Source of the DNA: Pseudomonadota bacterium
GTDB taxonomy: Bacteria > Pseudomonadota > Alphaproteobacteria > Rhodobacterales > Rhodobacteraceae
Reading direction: 5' to 3'
Assembly: GCA_039815685.1 (NCBI GenBank)
Contig: JBCBYV010000014.1
Span: 12,338 to 76,337, forward strand
Length of the DNA stretch: 64,000 nt
In this document: positions 36,578-47,073 of the stretch, in pieces
Numbering within the stretch: the first letter of the stretch is position 1
Layout: each line of letters begins with the position of its first letter
Notes under the pieces: model-generated
Databases searched by the model: none
What the model was told of the DNA's origin: nothing
What the model saw: the letters and a program-made list of their open reading frames with translations, nothing else
Translations under genes and position numbers: made by a program

Positions 36578-39232
36578 TCAGAAATTCAGCGAGATGTCGC
36601 GGTGATCGGCGCTGCAGGCTGCGACGTAGAGCGCCTGTTCACGCGGCAGACGGGACTGCTGGCGAAGGCCGATCGTGTTCTGGATCGCAGCATCGTATTC
36701 CTCGATCACGGCGAGCAGCCCGGCCTCGCGCGCCTGCAGACGCCAGGCCTTCTCGAACTCGAACGCCTCCATCCCCTCGGCAAACTCCTCCTCGGCGTCC
36801 TCATAGTCAGGCGTATCGTCGTCGATATCGCGCCGTGCCCCGGCGATACCGGAGCGGATGTCGCCCGCCCCTTCGATGGCGCCGATCATCTGCTCAATGG
36901 GCGCAAAACGCTCCTCCGCCGCCTCACCCTGGAAGTTCCGCCACTCACCCTCAAGCTCGCGCAGCGGCTCCTCGAGCGCCAGCAGCGCGTCCGTATCCGC
37001 GAGGATGGCGGACAGCTCCATCACGGGCTTGTAGGCGGCATCGACCGAACGGCGATAGGCGTTCCGCGCGTTCCGGTCGTCGCGCGTGATCGCGACATAG
37101 GCTTCCTGCACCTCGGTCCAGTCGCCGGGGATCTGGGCGAGGAGCGCTTCCTTGTCCGCCTCCAGCACCACGATCTCGGCCTCTGCGTCGGCGATCAGCT
37201 CCTCATTGCCCTGCGCAAAGTTGACGCTCTGGCGCAAATCTTCGAGGACGGCATCGATCTGGCGGGCATCGCGCTGGAGCGCTCGAACGAGCGTATGTGC
37301 CGGGCGATAGTCGCCCGCTCCCTCGTCCAGGCGCTGCTCGACCGCCTTGATCTCGGCCATGTGCTCGAAGCTCTCCCGCGCGTTCTCGAGACCTTCCTCG
37401 AACTCCTCGCGCAGGTCTTCCGGCAGGTAGGAGAGATCGACCCCCTCCATCCGACCGATCGCCGCCTCGAGCTCCGCACGGTTCTCAGTGAACTGCTCGT
37501 GGATGAAGTTCTCCATGCAGTACTGCAAGCGTGGGTTGAGGGGCGGCGGCGCCGTCTCCGCCGTCAGCGAGGAACGCGTCGGCAGATAGTTCACGAGGCT
37601 CGGATTGAAGCCCACGATCACGAGCGCGATGAGCTGCAGCGAGATGAAGGCGATGACGCCCTTGTACATCTGGATCGTCCGTACCGCCGCCGGCGCCACG
37701 CCGCGCAGATAGAAGAGCGCAAAGCCGAAGGGCGGCGTGAGGAACGATGTCTGGATGTTGAGCCCGATCATGACGCCGAGCCAGACAGCGGTCACGTTCG
37801 CGCCCGGGTCGGCCAGCAGGATCGGCGCCACGATGGGCACGACGACCACGGCGATCTCGATGAAGTCCAGGAAGAAGCCGAGGACGAAGATCACCAGCAT
37901 CACGATGACAAAGCGCGTCCAGAACCCGCCCGGCAGCCCTTCGAGGAAGTGCTTGACCAGTTCCTCGCCGCCGAAGGCCCGGAAGGCGGCCGTCAGCATC
38001 GCGGCACCGAGGAGGATGATGAAGACGAGCGAGGTGGTCTTCGCCGTCTCGACCATCACGCCCTGGAGCGTGTCGTCGGTCGTGTAGGTGCGCCAGCCCG
38101 ACCAGAGGAGGCCGACGGCCGTGATGCCGACGCCGATCAGCGCGAGCGTCACACCCGTCACGTCCTCGGGCGTGTCGATCGCCTTGATGTTGGTGTCGTA
38201 GTTCGCGAGCACGTAGCCGATGATGGCGAGGCCGATGAGCGCCATGATCGCGGGCACGAAGGTCAGCGCTCCGCCCTTGTGCAGCCGATAGCCCGCCATG
38301 ATCATCGCGCCGACAGCACCGATGGCGCCTGCCTGGTTCACCGTCGCGATGCCGCCGATGATCGAGCCGAGCACGAGGAAGATCAGCAGGAGCGGCGGGA
38401 TGAGAGCGAGCGCCACCTTGCCGGCGAAGCGCGCATCGTACTTGCCGTCATAGGGCACCGGCGGCGCAAGCTTCGGCCGGACGAGCGCGAAGGCCAGGAT
38501 GAAAGCGATGTAGAGCCCGACCAGCAGCAGGCCGGGCACGAGCGCGCCGAGGAACATGTCGCCGGCGGAGGTGGAGACGACACCGTATTCGGACGGCATC
38601 ACGATCTCGCCAGTCGCTTCCTTGTAGAGCTCCTTCCGAGACGTATCCGCCTGGTCGACCGCACTCGCCAACTGGTCGGCGAGGATGATCAGCACGATGG
38701 AGGGCGGAATGATCTGCCCCAGCGTGCCGGAGGCCGCGATGGTGCCCGTGGCAAGCGGGTTGGAATAGCCACGCTGCATCATGGCCGGGAGCGAGATCAG
38801 GCCCATGGCGACAACGGTGGCACCGACAATGCCGGTCGTCGCCGCCAGCAGCGCACCCACGAAGACGACCGAGATGCCGAGACCCCCGGGAACCGGCCCG
38901 AAGAGCTGCGCCATCGTGACGAGCAGATCCTCCGCGATCTTCGACCGCTGGAGCATGATGCCCATGAAGATGAAGAGCGGAATGGCGATCAGGGTATCTC
39001 GATCGGGTTCCCAGTACACCCCTCGAAGGTTCGTGACCCCCGCCGACAGCCACTGCGACGGTCCGCCGGAAGCGAAGTAGGCGTCCGTGTCCCCCGCGAA
39101 CAGATAGCCCGAGATGGCGGCCGCCGCGATCGTGATGATCGCGGCACCAGGCAGCGCGAAGGCAACCGGGTAACCGGAGCCGAGCGCGAACGCCATGATG
39201 ACCACGAGGAGGAGGAGGAAGTAGAGTTCCAT
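36578..39232 (-). CDS. TRAP large permease (DctM) with internal insertions and ~330-aa C-terminal soluble domain
   Basis: LIAIPLFIFMG, ATTGIVGA, SGTLGQIIPPS, FFLDFIEI, SFLTPPFGFALFY; last TM ends NYLPT near 37580, then an acidic helical tail. Confidence 0.9.
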   Translation of the reverse strand: MELYFLLLLVVIMAFALGSGYPVAFALPGAAIITIAAAAISGYLFAGDTDAYFASGGPSQWLSAGVTNLRGVYWEPDRDTLIAIPLFIFMGIMLQRSKIAEDLLVTMAQLFGPVPGGLGISVVFVGALLAATTGIVGATVVAMGLISLPAMMQRGYSNPLATGTIAASGTLGQIIPPSIVLIILADQLASAVDQADTSRKELYKEATGEIVMPSEYGVVSTSAGDMFLGALVPGLLLVGLYIAFILAFALVRPKLAPPVPYDGKYDARFAGKVALALIPPLLLIFLVLGSIIGGIATVNQAGAIGAVGAMIMAGYRLHKGGALTFVPAIMALIGLAIIGYVLANYDTNIKAIDTPEDVTGVTLALIGVGITAVGLLWSGWRTYTTDDTLQGVMVETAKTTSLVFIILLGAAMLTAAFRAFGGEELVKHFLEGLPGGFWTRFVIVMLVIFVLGFFLDFIEIAVVVVPIVAPILLADPGANVTAVWLGVMIGLNIQTSFLTPPFGFALFYLRGVAPAAVRTIQMYKGVIAFISLQLIALVIVGFNPSLVNYLPTRSSLTAETAPPPLNPRLQYCMENFIHEQFTENRAELEAAIGRMEGVDLSYLPEDLREEFEEGLENARESFEHMAEIKAVEQRLDEGAGDYRPAHTLVRALQRDARQIDAVLEDLRQSVNFAQGNEELIADAEAEIVVLEADKEALLAQIPGDWTEVQEAYVAITRDDRNARNAYRRSVDAAYKPVMELSAILADTDALLALEEPLRELEGEWRNFQGEAAEERFAPIEQMIGAIEGAGDIRSGIAGARRDIDDDTPDYEDAEEEFAEGMEAFEFEKAWRLQAREAGLLAVIEEYDAAIQNTIGLRQQSRLPREQALYVAACSADHRDISLNF

Positions 39233-39303
39233 GGGACGCCGCCCTTGTCGTTCTCGTTATGGTTAAGCAGGCACGCAGCGCGCCGGGCGGCGCGCCGTGG
39301 TCG

Positions 39304-40323
39304 TCAGAGCGGTTCCATATGCGACTCGCGATGCCCCGGCTCGCCGCGCCGATCCGCCACCCCGTCGAAGAGCTGGCTGACGAACTGGATTAGCATGGTG
39401 GCGGCGAAGACGCCGAGGAACCCGGCCATGAAGTACTTCACGTACATGCCGAAGCCGGCCTGCGTCACCTCGAAGACGAGGATCGGGCTCACGATGACCG
39501 CGTTCGCAGAGCTGAAGCCGAAATAGAGGATGGTCCAGCAGACCGACATCCCGAGCAGGATCGAGCCCAGGCTGTTCACGAGCCCCTGCCCCCGCTGCGA
39601 CATGCCTGCGTAGAAGAGGTCGACCCTCACATGTCCGTCCTCGAGCAGCGTGTAGGCGGAGGCGAAGAGGAAGAGCGCGCCGTACCAGAACCGCACGAGA
39701 TCGGCCATGAAGGCCTGCTCGTATGAGAAGACGAAGCGGCAGACGACGATCAGGAGTTCGGCCACGACGACGAGGAGCGCGAGCCAGGTGAAGCCGAGTG
39801 TCCGCGTGAAGAAGGCGATCACGATCCCGAGCAGAACCAGTGGCGTGTGAAAGTAGAGCCCCCGGTATGCAGACCGGCCGAGATCGCCCGCCATCTCCTC
39901 ACCGACATAGCCCTCCAGCATCCCCTCGACGCGCAGGAACGACATCGCCGCGTCTCCGACGCCCACGAGGAAGACGGCCCAGAAGGCCGCGCGCACGAGG
40001 AAGGCATTGAAGGCCGCGACGCGCGCCGCATCGGACCGAAGGCTCGTCTCGGCCGTTCGAGCGACGTGCCAGACCGTAAAGGCGGGGGCTGCGAGATAGA
40101 TGATGAGCTGCACGACAGCGAGACCGGTGGAGCCCTCGCCACCGCTGCCGAACAAGCTCTCGACACCCGGAAAGCCGACCCAGAAGGTCAGGATCGAGTT
40201 CAGCAGGAAGACTGCGAGCAGGCTCAGCATGAGCCATCCGAAGCCGCGGACGAGAGCCGTAGATCCGCCGCTCGCGCCGGCATGCACGTCACCAGTCGCC
40301 GAAGCCGTCATGCTTTCAGCCAT
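39304..40323 (-). CDS. TRAP small permease (DctQ) with N-terminal multi-TM extension
   Basis: 339 aa. DctQ core (YGALFLFASAYTLLEDGHVRVDLFY) lies in the C-terminal half. Confidence 0.85.
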   Translation of the reverse strand: MAESMTASATGDVHAGASGGSTALVRGFGWLMLSLLAVFLLNSILTFWVGFPGVESLFGSGGEGSTGLAVVQLIIYLAAPAFTVWHVARTAETSLRSDAARVAAFNAFLVRAAFWAVFLVGVGDAAMSFLRVEGMLEGYVGEEMAGDLGRSAYRGLYFHTPLVLLGIVIAFFTRTLGFTWLALLVVVAELLIVVCRFVFSYEQAFMADLVRFWYGALFLFASAYTLLEDGHVRVDLFYAGMSQRGQGLVNSLGSILLGMSVCWTILYFGFSSANAVIVSPILVFEVTQAGFGMYVKYFMAGFLGVFAATMLIQFVSQLFDGVADRRGEPGHRESHMEPL

Positions 40324-40392
40324 ACGTCCTCTCCGCTCCGGATAGCTGGACGAGCAGGACGGCCCCGCGACCGACCCGGTCCATAAAGAAGT

Positions 40393-40419
40393 AGGGGCAG
40401 GCCCGAAGGCCCGCCCCCT
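40393..40419 (-). terminator. Hairpin between dctP and dctQ (partial terminator or mRNA stabiliser)
   Basis: On minus GGGGCGGGCC-TTCG-GGCCTGCCCC followed by TACTTCTTT. Confidence 0.6.
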
Positions 40420-40426
40420 CTACGCC

Positions 40427-41509
40427 TCAGAGATCGAGGACGCGGTTGCGCTTCTGCACGAAGGCCTGGTCGGAAATGGCCGTCCAGCTACCGATGTCCT
40501 TCCGCGCCAGCAGGAAGCTGTCGAAGATCTCCTTCGCCAGCGGGCTGTGATCCCGCGCTTCCTCGATGACCTCGGCCGCAGCCTCTCCGAAGCTCTCGTA
40601 GACGTCGTCGTTGAACTCCTTGAGCTCGACGCCGTTCTCCGTGACGAGGCGGGTGAGGAAGGTACCGTTGTTGGCGTTCGTCTCGGCCATCTGACGGGCG
40701 TTCTCTTCGTTCGCCGCCGCCTCGATGATCGCCTGATCGGTGGCCGAGAGGCCGCCCCACCAGGAAGCGTTCATGCCGAGAGCGAGCTGCGAGCCCGGCT
40801 CGTGCATGCCCGGCCAGTAGTAGAACTTGGCCGCCTCGTAGAACTTCATGAAGTAGTCGTTGTAGGGGCCGACCCACTCCGTCGCGTCCACGGCACCCGA
40901 TACCAAGTTCTCGTAGATCTGACCGCCCGGCAGCGAGACGGGGGAGGCGCCGAGCTTGGCCATGACGTCGCCGCCGAGACCCGGGATACGCATCTTAAGA
41001 CCCTTGAGGTCGTCGGCGCTCTCGATCTCCTTGTTGAACCAGCCGCCCATCTGCACGCCGGTGTTGCCGCAGGCGAAGTTCTTGAGGCCGAACTCACCGG
41101 CAAGCTTGTCCCAGAGCTGCTGACCGCCAGCATACTTAATCCAGGCGTCGATCTCGGTGTAGGTGAGGCCGAAGGGGACAGCCGTGAACGGCGCCCAGCC
41201 CGGATGCTTGCCCTTCCAGTAGTAGTCGGCGGCGATGTAGGCCTGCGCGTTGCCGCTCGCGACCTCATCGAAGCTGTCGAAGGCGCCGACACGCTCGCCC
41301 GCAGCGAAGTACTGGACGTTGATGCGGCCCTCGGTCAGCTCCGGGATGCGCGCGGCAAGACGCTGGGCGCTGACGCCGAGGCCGGGGAAGTCCCGCGGCC
41401 AGGTCGACACGATGACCATGTCGATCTTGCCCTGTGCGACGGCCGGTGCCGCGAGCGGCGCGGCCACACCCGCAGCAGCAGCGCCTGCGAGGAAGTTACG
41501 ACGTTCCAT
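40427..41509 (-). CDS. TRAP substrate-binding protein, Tat-exported (TakP-like)
   Basis: MERRNFLAG twin-Arg signal, GNTGVQMGGWFNKEI, GLKMRIPGLGG, EWVGPYND, PGMHEPG. Confidence 0.9.
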   Translation of the reverse strand: MERRNFLAGAAAAGVAAPLAAPAVAQGKIDMVIVSTWPRDFPGLGVSAQRLAARIPELTEGRINVQYFAAGERVGAFDSFDEVASGNAQAYIAADYYWKGKHPGWAPFTAVPFGLTYTEIDAWIKYAGGQQLWDKLAGEFGLKNFACGNTGVQMGGWFNKEIESADDLKGLKMRIPGLGGDVMAKLGASPVSLPGGQIYENLVSGAVDATEWVGPYNDYFMKFYEAAKFYYWPGMHEPGSQLALGMNASWWGGLSATDQAIIEAAANEENARQMAETNANNGTFLTRLVTENGVELKEFNDDVYESFGEAAAEVIEEARDHSPLAKEIFDSFLLARKDIGSWTAISDQAFVQKRNRVLDL

Positions 41510-41774
41510 GGTGGATGATCCTCCGGTGTACTTTGTTTTGTCGGTTGCCAGCGCGCTTTGGACGAAACCGCGTCGGGTCCGTTAGCGCATGCGGCTATCC
41601 GACCCGCCCGATGCCCCCCGGCAACACAAGCGCGGGGGACCGTATAAGGTGCCCCGGACAGGCGCAAGACGAGACCGCACAAGCGTTTTGCAATAAATGA
41701 AATGTTATACCGCTATGGGGGAGCCCACAGTCTCCTGCACTGCGGTTTCGGATGGGCTTTAGTGGGTCACTACG

Positions 41775-43175
41775 TCAGCCGGTGTCGATGAGACGACGCA
41801 TCGTCTCTAGAAATCGCCCCTCGACTGTTTCGCGCTGCGGATGGCGGCCCTCCTGCACTACATGGCGTCCGGCGGACCAGAGCTCAGCGATCGTGCCGTC
41901 CCCTGCCGCGAAGACCATGCCGTCGATCAACGCATAGAGCGGCAGGGGCGCAAGCGCGGAGTGGGAGAGGTTTGGCGCGAGCAGGTCGGCAAGATGTCCC
42001 TCCGCGATCCGGCCCGCGCGCCGGTCGAGCGCCTGTGCCGCCCCTTCCGCCGCCGCCCGCCAGAGTGTCTCGCCGGTGGAGACGGGCGGCGCGCCCTCAC
42101 CGCCCTCGGGCACCATGCAGCCCCGGGCCCGCATCGTCAGCCGCTGGCCGTATTCAAGCATGCGCAACTCCTCCCCAAGCGCGATCCGGACATTCGAGTC
42201 CGACCCGACCCCGAGCCGTCCGCCTGCGCGAAGGAAGTCGGGGCCGGGAAAGATCCCGTCGCCAAGATTGGCCTCGGTGATCGGGCATAAGCCTGCGACC
42301 GCCCCGCTTCGGGCCAGCCCCTCGGTCTCCTCCGCGATCATGTGTGTCGCATGCACGACGCACCATCGCGAATCGAGGAACCTGCGGAGCAGCCAGGCGA
42401 TCGGACGCTGCCCAAGCCAGGTTTCGATCTCCTCCACCTCGCGCGTCTGCTCTGCTGCGTGAATGTGCACGGGCCCGCTCGGCACTGCCTCCAGCACCGC
42501 ACGCATCCCAGCTTCATCGCAGGCCCTGAGCGAATGGAAGGCGAGGCCCAGGCGCGCATCTTCAGTCGCCTCGGACAGGATCGACCGGCAGGTTTCGAGA
42601 AGTCCGAGGAAACCATCGGGCGCGTGCCCGAAGCGCCGCTGTCCACCGTCGAGTGGCGCGTTCCGCGCCCCGCCGTACTGATAGAGCACCGGGAGATGCG
42701 TGAGCCCGATCCCTGTCTCGACCGCAGCACCTGCGATCCGGCGCGAGAGCTCCGCCCGGTCCTCGTAGGGCGCGCCGCCGGGCTGGTGATGGAGATAATG
42801 GAACTCACCAACCGCCGCGTAGCCCGCCTCCAGCATCTCGACGAAGACCTGCGCCGCGATGGCCTCGACATCATCGGGCGTCAGCCGGTCGAGAAAGCGG
42901 TACATGAGCGTGCGCCAAGTCCAGAAGCTGTCCCGGCCCGGCCGTGCTGCCTCCCCCAGCCCTGCCATCGCGCGCTGGAAGCTGTGAGAATGCAGGTTGC
43001 CCGGCGCGGGAAGCAGTACCGGCACCCGCAGATCGCCCGGCGCCGCAGCGGTACCCACTTCGACGCCCGCGATATGGCTGTCCGCCATGGTCACGCGCAC
43101 ATCGCACGCCCAGCCATCCGGCAAGAGCGCCGATCCCGCATGCAGCGCGCGCCCGCTCCTTTCAGCCATGAACAT
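41775..43175 (-). CDS. hutF: Formimidoylglutamate deiminase
   Basis: NLHSHSFQRAMAG, DSFWTWR, VGEFHYLHH, HIHAAEQ, CPITEANLGDG, GSDSN. Real start ATG 43175, not 43775. Confidence 0.92.
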   Translation of the reverse strand: MFMAERSGRALHAGSALLPDGWACDVRVTMADSHIAGVEVGTAAAPGDLRVPVLLPAPGNLHSHSFQRAMAGLGEAARPGRDSFWTWRTLMYRFLDRLTPDDVEAIAAQVFVEMLEAGYAAVGEFHYLHHQPGGAPYEDRAELSRRIAGAAVETGIGLTHLPVLYQYGGARNAPLDGGQRRFGHAPDGFLGLLETCRSILSEATEDARLGLAFHSLRACDEAGMRAVLEAVPSGPVHIHAAEQTREVEEIETWLGQRPIAWLLRRFLDSRWCVVHATHMIAEETEGLARSGAVAGLCPITEANLGDGIFPGPDFLRAGGRLGVGSDSNVRIALGEELRMLEYGQRLTMRARGCMVPEGGEGAPPVSTGETLWRAAAEGAAQALDRRAGRIAEGHLADLLAPNLSHSALAPLPLYALIDGMVFAAGDGTIAELWSAGRHVVQEGRHPQRETVEGRFLETMRRLIDTG

Positions 43176-43241
43176 CTCCCCTAGGCACGCGCCAGCCGTC
43201 CGCCTTACGGTGCATTCCGAAGCGGCGGAGGTCGAGCGGCG

Positions 43242-44456
43242 ATGACGGGCGACAAAAGGCTTCTCACAGGCGCACGCCTCGCCACGATGGACCCGAGCCT
43301 TCCCACACCCTACGGCCTGATCGACGACGGCACGGTCGTGATCGAGGGTGGCCGGATCGCCTGGACAGGTTCCAGTGCCGCGCTGCCCACTGAGCACCGT
43401 AGCGCGCCGTCCGACGCCTGCGAGGGTCGCCTCGTGACCCCCGCGCTCATCGACTGCCACACCCATATCGTGCATGCGGGCAGCCGGGCGGGCGAGTTCG
43501 AGCAGCGGCTCAAAGGCGCGAGCTATGCCGAGATTGCAGCGGCCGGCGGTGGCATCCTCAGCACCGTGACGGCGACCCGGGCGGCGACCGAGGACGACCT
43601 TCTCGAGAACGCCCTCCGCTGGGTCGACCGGCTTCTCGCGGAGGGCGTCGGCACCATCGAGATCAAATCGGGCTACGGGCTGGACATCGAGACCGAGCTT
43701 CGCATGCTCCGCGCAGCCAGGCGCGTGGCCGAGAAGCGGGACATCACCGTCGTGACTAGCTTCCTGGGCGCCCATGCCATCCCGCCAGCCTTCAAGGACC
43801 GGAACCGCGCCTACCTCGACGAGACCTGCCTGCCCGCCCTACGCGCCGCCGCCGAGCAGGGTCTTGCCGACGCCGTTGACGGGTTCTGCGAGGGCATCGC
43901 CTTCTCGACCGAAGAGATCGACCATCTGTTCAAGGCGGCCAAGGCGCTGGGACTGCCGGTGAAACTGCACGCAGAACAGCTCTCCAACATCGGCGGGGCA
44001 GCGCTCGCGGCGCGGCATGGGGCGCTCTCCGCCGACCATATCGAGTACCTCGATCAGGATGGCATCGACGCAATGGCGGCAGCCGGGACCGTCGCCGTCC
44101 TGCTGCCTGGCGCCTTCTACACCTTGCGCGAGACGCAGGCCCCGCCGATAGAACAGCTCCGCGCCGCCGGCATTCCGATGGCGGTCGCCACGGACGCGAA
44201 CCCGGGCTCCTCGCCCATGGTCTCCCTCCTCCTCGCGATGAACATGGCCTGCACCCTCTTCCGCCTCACGCCGGAGGAGGCGCTGACCGGTGTCACGCGC
44301 AACGCGGCCCGCGCCCTTGGCCTCACGGATCGCGGTATCCTCCGCCAAGGCCTCCGCGCTGACCTCGCGATCTGGGAGGTGGAGCACCCCGCAGAGCTCT
44401 CCTGGCGCATTGGCTGGGCGCCCCTTGCGCGTCGCATTCTCGGAGGCCGCGGATGA
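43242..44456 (+). CDS. hutI: Imidazolonepropionase
   Basis: [40 protein letters not shown]. Confidence 0.95.
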   Translation: MTGDKRLLTGARLATMDPSLPTPYGLIDDGTVVIEGGRIAWTGSSAALPTEHRSAPSDACEGRLVTPALIDCHTHIVHAGSRAGEFEQRLKGASYAEIAAAGGGILSTVTATRAATEDDLLENALRWVDRLLAEGVGTIEIKSGYGLDIETELRMLRAARRVAEKRDITVVTSFLGAHAIPPAFKDRNRAYLDETCLPALRAAAEQGLADAVDGFCEGIAFSTEEIDHLFKAAKALGLPVKLHAEQLSNIGGAALAARHGALSADHIEYLDQDGIDAMAAAGTVAVLLPGAFYTLRETQAPPIEQLRAAGIPMAVATDANPGSSPMVSLLLAMNMACTLFRLTPEEALTGVTRNAARALGLTDRGILRQGLRADLAIWEVEHPAELSWRIGWAPLARRILGGRG

Positions 44457-45991
44457 CCGCCGAAGCGCTCACGCTGACCCCCGGCGCGGTGACACTCGGC
44501 ACCCTGCGAACGCTCCTGGCCGAGGGTCGCCCTGCGCGCCTCGACCGAGCCTGCCGCCCCGCCGTCGAAGCCGCCGCTGCCCGCGTGGCAGAAGCCGCCG
44601 CAGGGGACGACCCGGTCTACGGCGTCAACACGGGCTTCGGGAAGCTCGCCAGCATCCGCATCCCGGCGGAGGACACCGCGACCCTCCAGCGGAACCTGAT
44701 CCTGAGCCACTGCGCCGGCGTCGGCGACACGCTGCCGCTCGGGCCCGCGCGCCTGATGATGGCGCTCAAGCTCGCCTCCCTCGGCCGCGGCGCGTCGGGT
44801 ACGCGATGGGAGATCGTCACACTCCTCGAAGGCATGCTCGCCGCCGGCGTCACCCCCGTCGTGCCGGTGAAGGGCTCCGTCGGGGCGTCGGGCGACCTCG
44901 CCCCGCTGGCCCACATGACCGCCGTGATGATCGGGGAGGGGGAGGCCGAGGTCGCGGGCCGCATCCTGCCGGGCGCCGAGGCCCTCGCCGCCGCGGGCCT
45001 CGCCCCGGTCGCCCTCGGACCCAAGGAGGGCCTCGCCCTCATAAACGGCACGCAGTTCTCAACCGCCCTCGCCCTCGCCGGCCTCTTCTCCGCCTGGATC
45101 GCGGCGCAGGCCTCGCTCGTCACCACCGCGCTCTCGACCGACGCCGTGATGGGCAGCACCGCGCCCTTGCAGCCGGAGATCCACGCCCTCCGCGGCCATC
45201 GCGGCCAGATCGAAGCGGCGGCGAGCATGCGCGCGCTCCTCGAGGGCTCCGAGATCCGGGAGAGCCACCGCGAGGACGACACCCGCGTCCAGGACCCCTA
45301 CTGCATCCGCTGCCAGGCACAGGTGGTCGGGGCCGCGATGGACGTCCTGCGCATGGCCGCGGGCACCCTCGAGATCGAGGCGAACGCGGCGACCGACAAC
45401 CCGCTCGTCCTTGCCGAGCCATCGCGCATCGTCTCCGGCGGCAATTTCCATGCGGAGCCCGTGGGCTTCGCCGCGGACATGATCGCGCTCGCGGTGGCCG
45501 AGATCGGCGCGATCGCGCAGCGGCGCGTGGCCCTAATGGTCGACCCGGCACTCAGCCACGACCTGCCGCCGTTCCTTACGCCCGCGCCGGGCCTCAACTC
45601 GGGCTTCATGATCGCGGAGGTGACCACCGCGGCGCTCATGTCCGAGAACAAGCACCTCGCCCACCCCACGGTGACGGACTCGACGCCCACCTCCGCCAAC
45701 CAGGAGGACCATGTCTCCATGGCTGCCCACGGCGCCCGCCGCCTGCCGCCGATGGTCACGAACCTCGAACGCATCCTCGGCGTCGAACTCCTCTGCGCCG
45801 CCCAGGGCGTCGAGTTCCGTAGCCCTCTCACGACGAGCCCCGCCCTCGCCCGCGCCATCACCGCGCTCCGCGCTGAGATCCCGCCGCTGGTTGAGGACCG
45901 CATTCTGTCGCCCGAAATCGACCGCGCGGCACAACTGATCGCGACCGGCCACCTCGCCGCTGCCCCCGCCGTCCCGCTCCCCGCACTCTGA
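44453..45991 (+). CDS. hutH: Histidine ammonia-lyase
   Basis: [12 protein letters not shown] motif [39 protein letters not shown]. Confidence 0.95.
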   Translation: MTAEALTLTPGAVTLGTLRTLLAEGRPARLDRACRPAVEAAAARVAEAAAGDDPVYGVNTGFGKLASIRIPAEDTATLQRNLILSHCAGVGDTLPLGPARLMMALKLASLGRGASGTRWEIVTLLEGMLAAGVTPVVPVKGSVGASGDLAPLAHMTAVMIGEGEAEVAGRILPGAEALAAAGLAPVALGPKEGLALINGTQFSTALALAGLFSAWIAAQASLVTTALSTDAVMGSTAPLQPEIHALRGHRGQIEAAASMRALLEGSEIRESHREDDTRVQDPYCIRCQAQVVGAAMDVLRMAAGTLEIEANAATDNPLVLAEPSRIVSGGNFHAEPVGFAADMIALAVAEIGAIAQRRVALMVDPALSHDLPPFLTPAPGLNSGFMIAEVTTAALMSENKHLAHPTVTDSTPTSANQEDHVSMAAHGARRLPPMVTNLERILGVELLCAAQGVEFRSPLTTSPALARAITALRAEIPPLVEDRILSPEIDRAAQLIATGHLAAAPAVPLPAL

Positions 45992-46155
45992 GTGTTCTGA
46001 ACGAGACGCCGAAGACCGTCATTGCAGGGCGCGAGAGCGCTTTCGGTATTCCGGATCCTTGGGCCTGGCCCGCCAGTCACCTGAACGGGCTCATGAGCGA
46101 GCGTCGGGCCACTGGAGCGACGCCAAGCAGAGCCTTTGAGTGCCGCAGAGGCCCA

Positions 46156-46989
46156 TCACCCGAAGCTCAGAGGGGCATCCTGCAAGACCGGCGAAAGCGG
46201 TTGCCACGCCTTTGCAACCGCATCCGCCATGGTGTCGTCGAGCCCCGCGATCAGGAGACCCGACCCGGTCATGCCCCGCGTCGGCGGGTTTCGATAGGGC
46301 GCCTCGTGGCGCAACACCTGGCGCCCTATCGCTCGCATGACGGTTTCGGCCATGGCGCCGTGCCGGCCAGCCGGGAGAATCGGGTACCAGAGCATCACGA
46401 TGCCCGCGGGCCAGGCTTCGGCAAGCGCGATCATTGTGTCCGCCGCCTGCCGATACTCGGCCTTCACCTCGTAGGACGGGTCGATCAGCGCCAGTCCCGG
46501 CCGCGCCCCGGGGCGGAGACCCCGCAGAGCGTCATGCCCATCCTCCGACGAGATCTCGATCAGCGCCCCTCGACGCCCGCGCCCGCGCGCATCGAGGTGC
46601 CCGCGCGCCCGGAGAAGCGCCCGATGCTCCGCTGGGTGCCGCTCATGGAGCAGCACCCGATCCCCGGGCTCAAAAAGGCTCGCCGCCAAGGCGGGTGAAC
46701 CCGGATATGCCGTCCCACCGTCGCGCGCCCGGAGGGCCAGCAACACGTCCCAGAAGGACCCGTCCGGCGGCCCATCGGGCAGGGCTTCGGCAAGCCGTCC
46801 CAGCCCCTCGGCCGCCTCACCCGTCTTCGCAGCCTCCGGGCTCGAAAGATCGTAGAGCCCCCGCCCCGCATGGCTCTCGACATAAAGCGCCCCGCGACCC
46901 GCGAGCGGCGTCAGCAACACCGCAAGCGCCACGTGCTTGTGCAGATCGGCAGGCGAGCCTGCATGGTAGGCGTGCTGATAGGAGAGCAT
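46156..46989 (-). CDS. rlmJ: 23S rRNA m6A2030 methyltransferase
   Basis: MLSYQHAYHAGSPADLHKH, ESHAGRGLY, YPGSP, LIDPSYE, WYPI. Confidence 0.9.
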   Translation of the reverse strand: MLSYQHAYHAGSPADLHKHVALAVLLTPLAGRGALYVESHAGRGLYDLSSPEAAKTGEAAEGLGRLAEALPDGPPDGSFWDVLLALRARDGGTAYPGSPALAASLFEPGDRVLLHERHPAEHRALLRARGHLDARGRGRRGALIEISSEDGHDALRGLRPGARPGLALIDPSYEVKAEYRQAADTMIALAEAWPAGIVMLWYPILPAGRHGAMAETVMRAIGRQVLRHEAPYRNPPTRGMTGSGLLIAGLDDTMADAVAKAWQPLSPVLQDAPLSFG

Positions 46990-47073
46990 GCGCCCGCCTA
47001 TCGCGCCCACCGACACTGCACAACGGCCCTGCCGCGGCTGGCGTGGCTCGACGCCAGCCCTATGCTCCCGCCC

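Noticed and set aside
36377-39526. 1049-aa plus-strand ORF, and similar long ORFs such as 3979-6162, 16865-18484, 25385-26695, 31780-33261 and 54747-55799
   Set aside because: Antisense shadows of well-supported genes. High GC3 removes stops on the opposite strand, and the translations have no recognisable motifs.
41775-43775. 666-aa ORF suggesting an N-terminally extended HutF
   Set aside because: The first 200 codons are antisense to hutI. Homology and the RBS point to ATG 43175.
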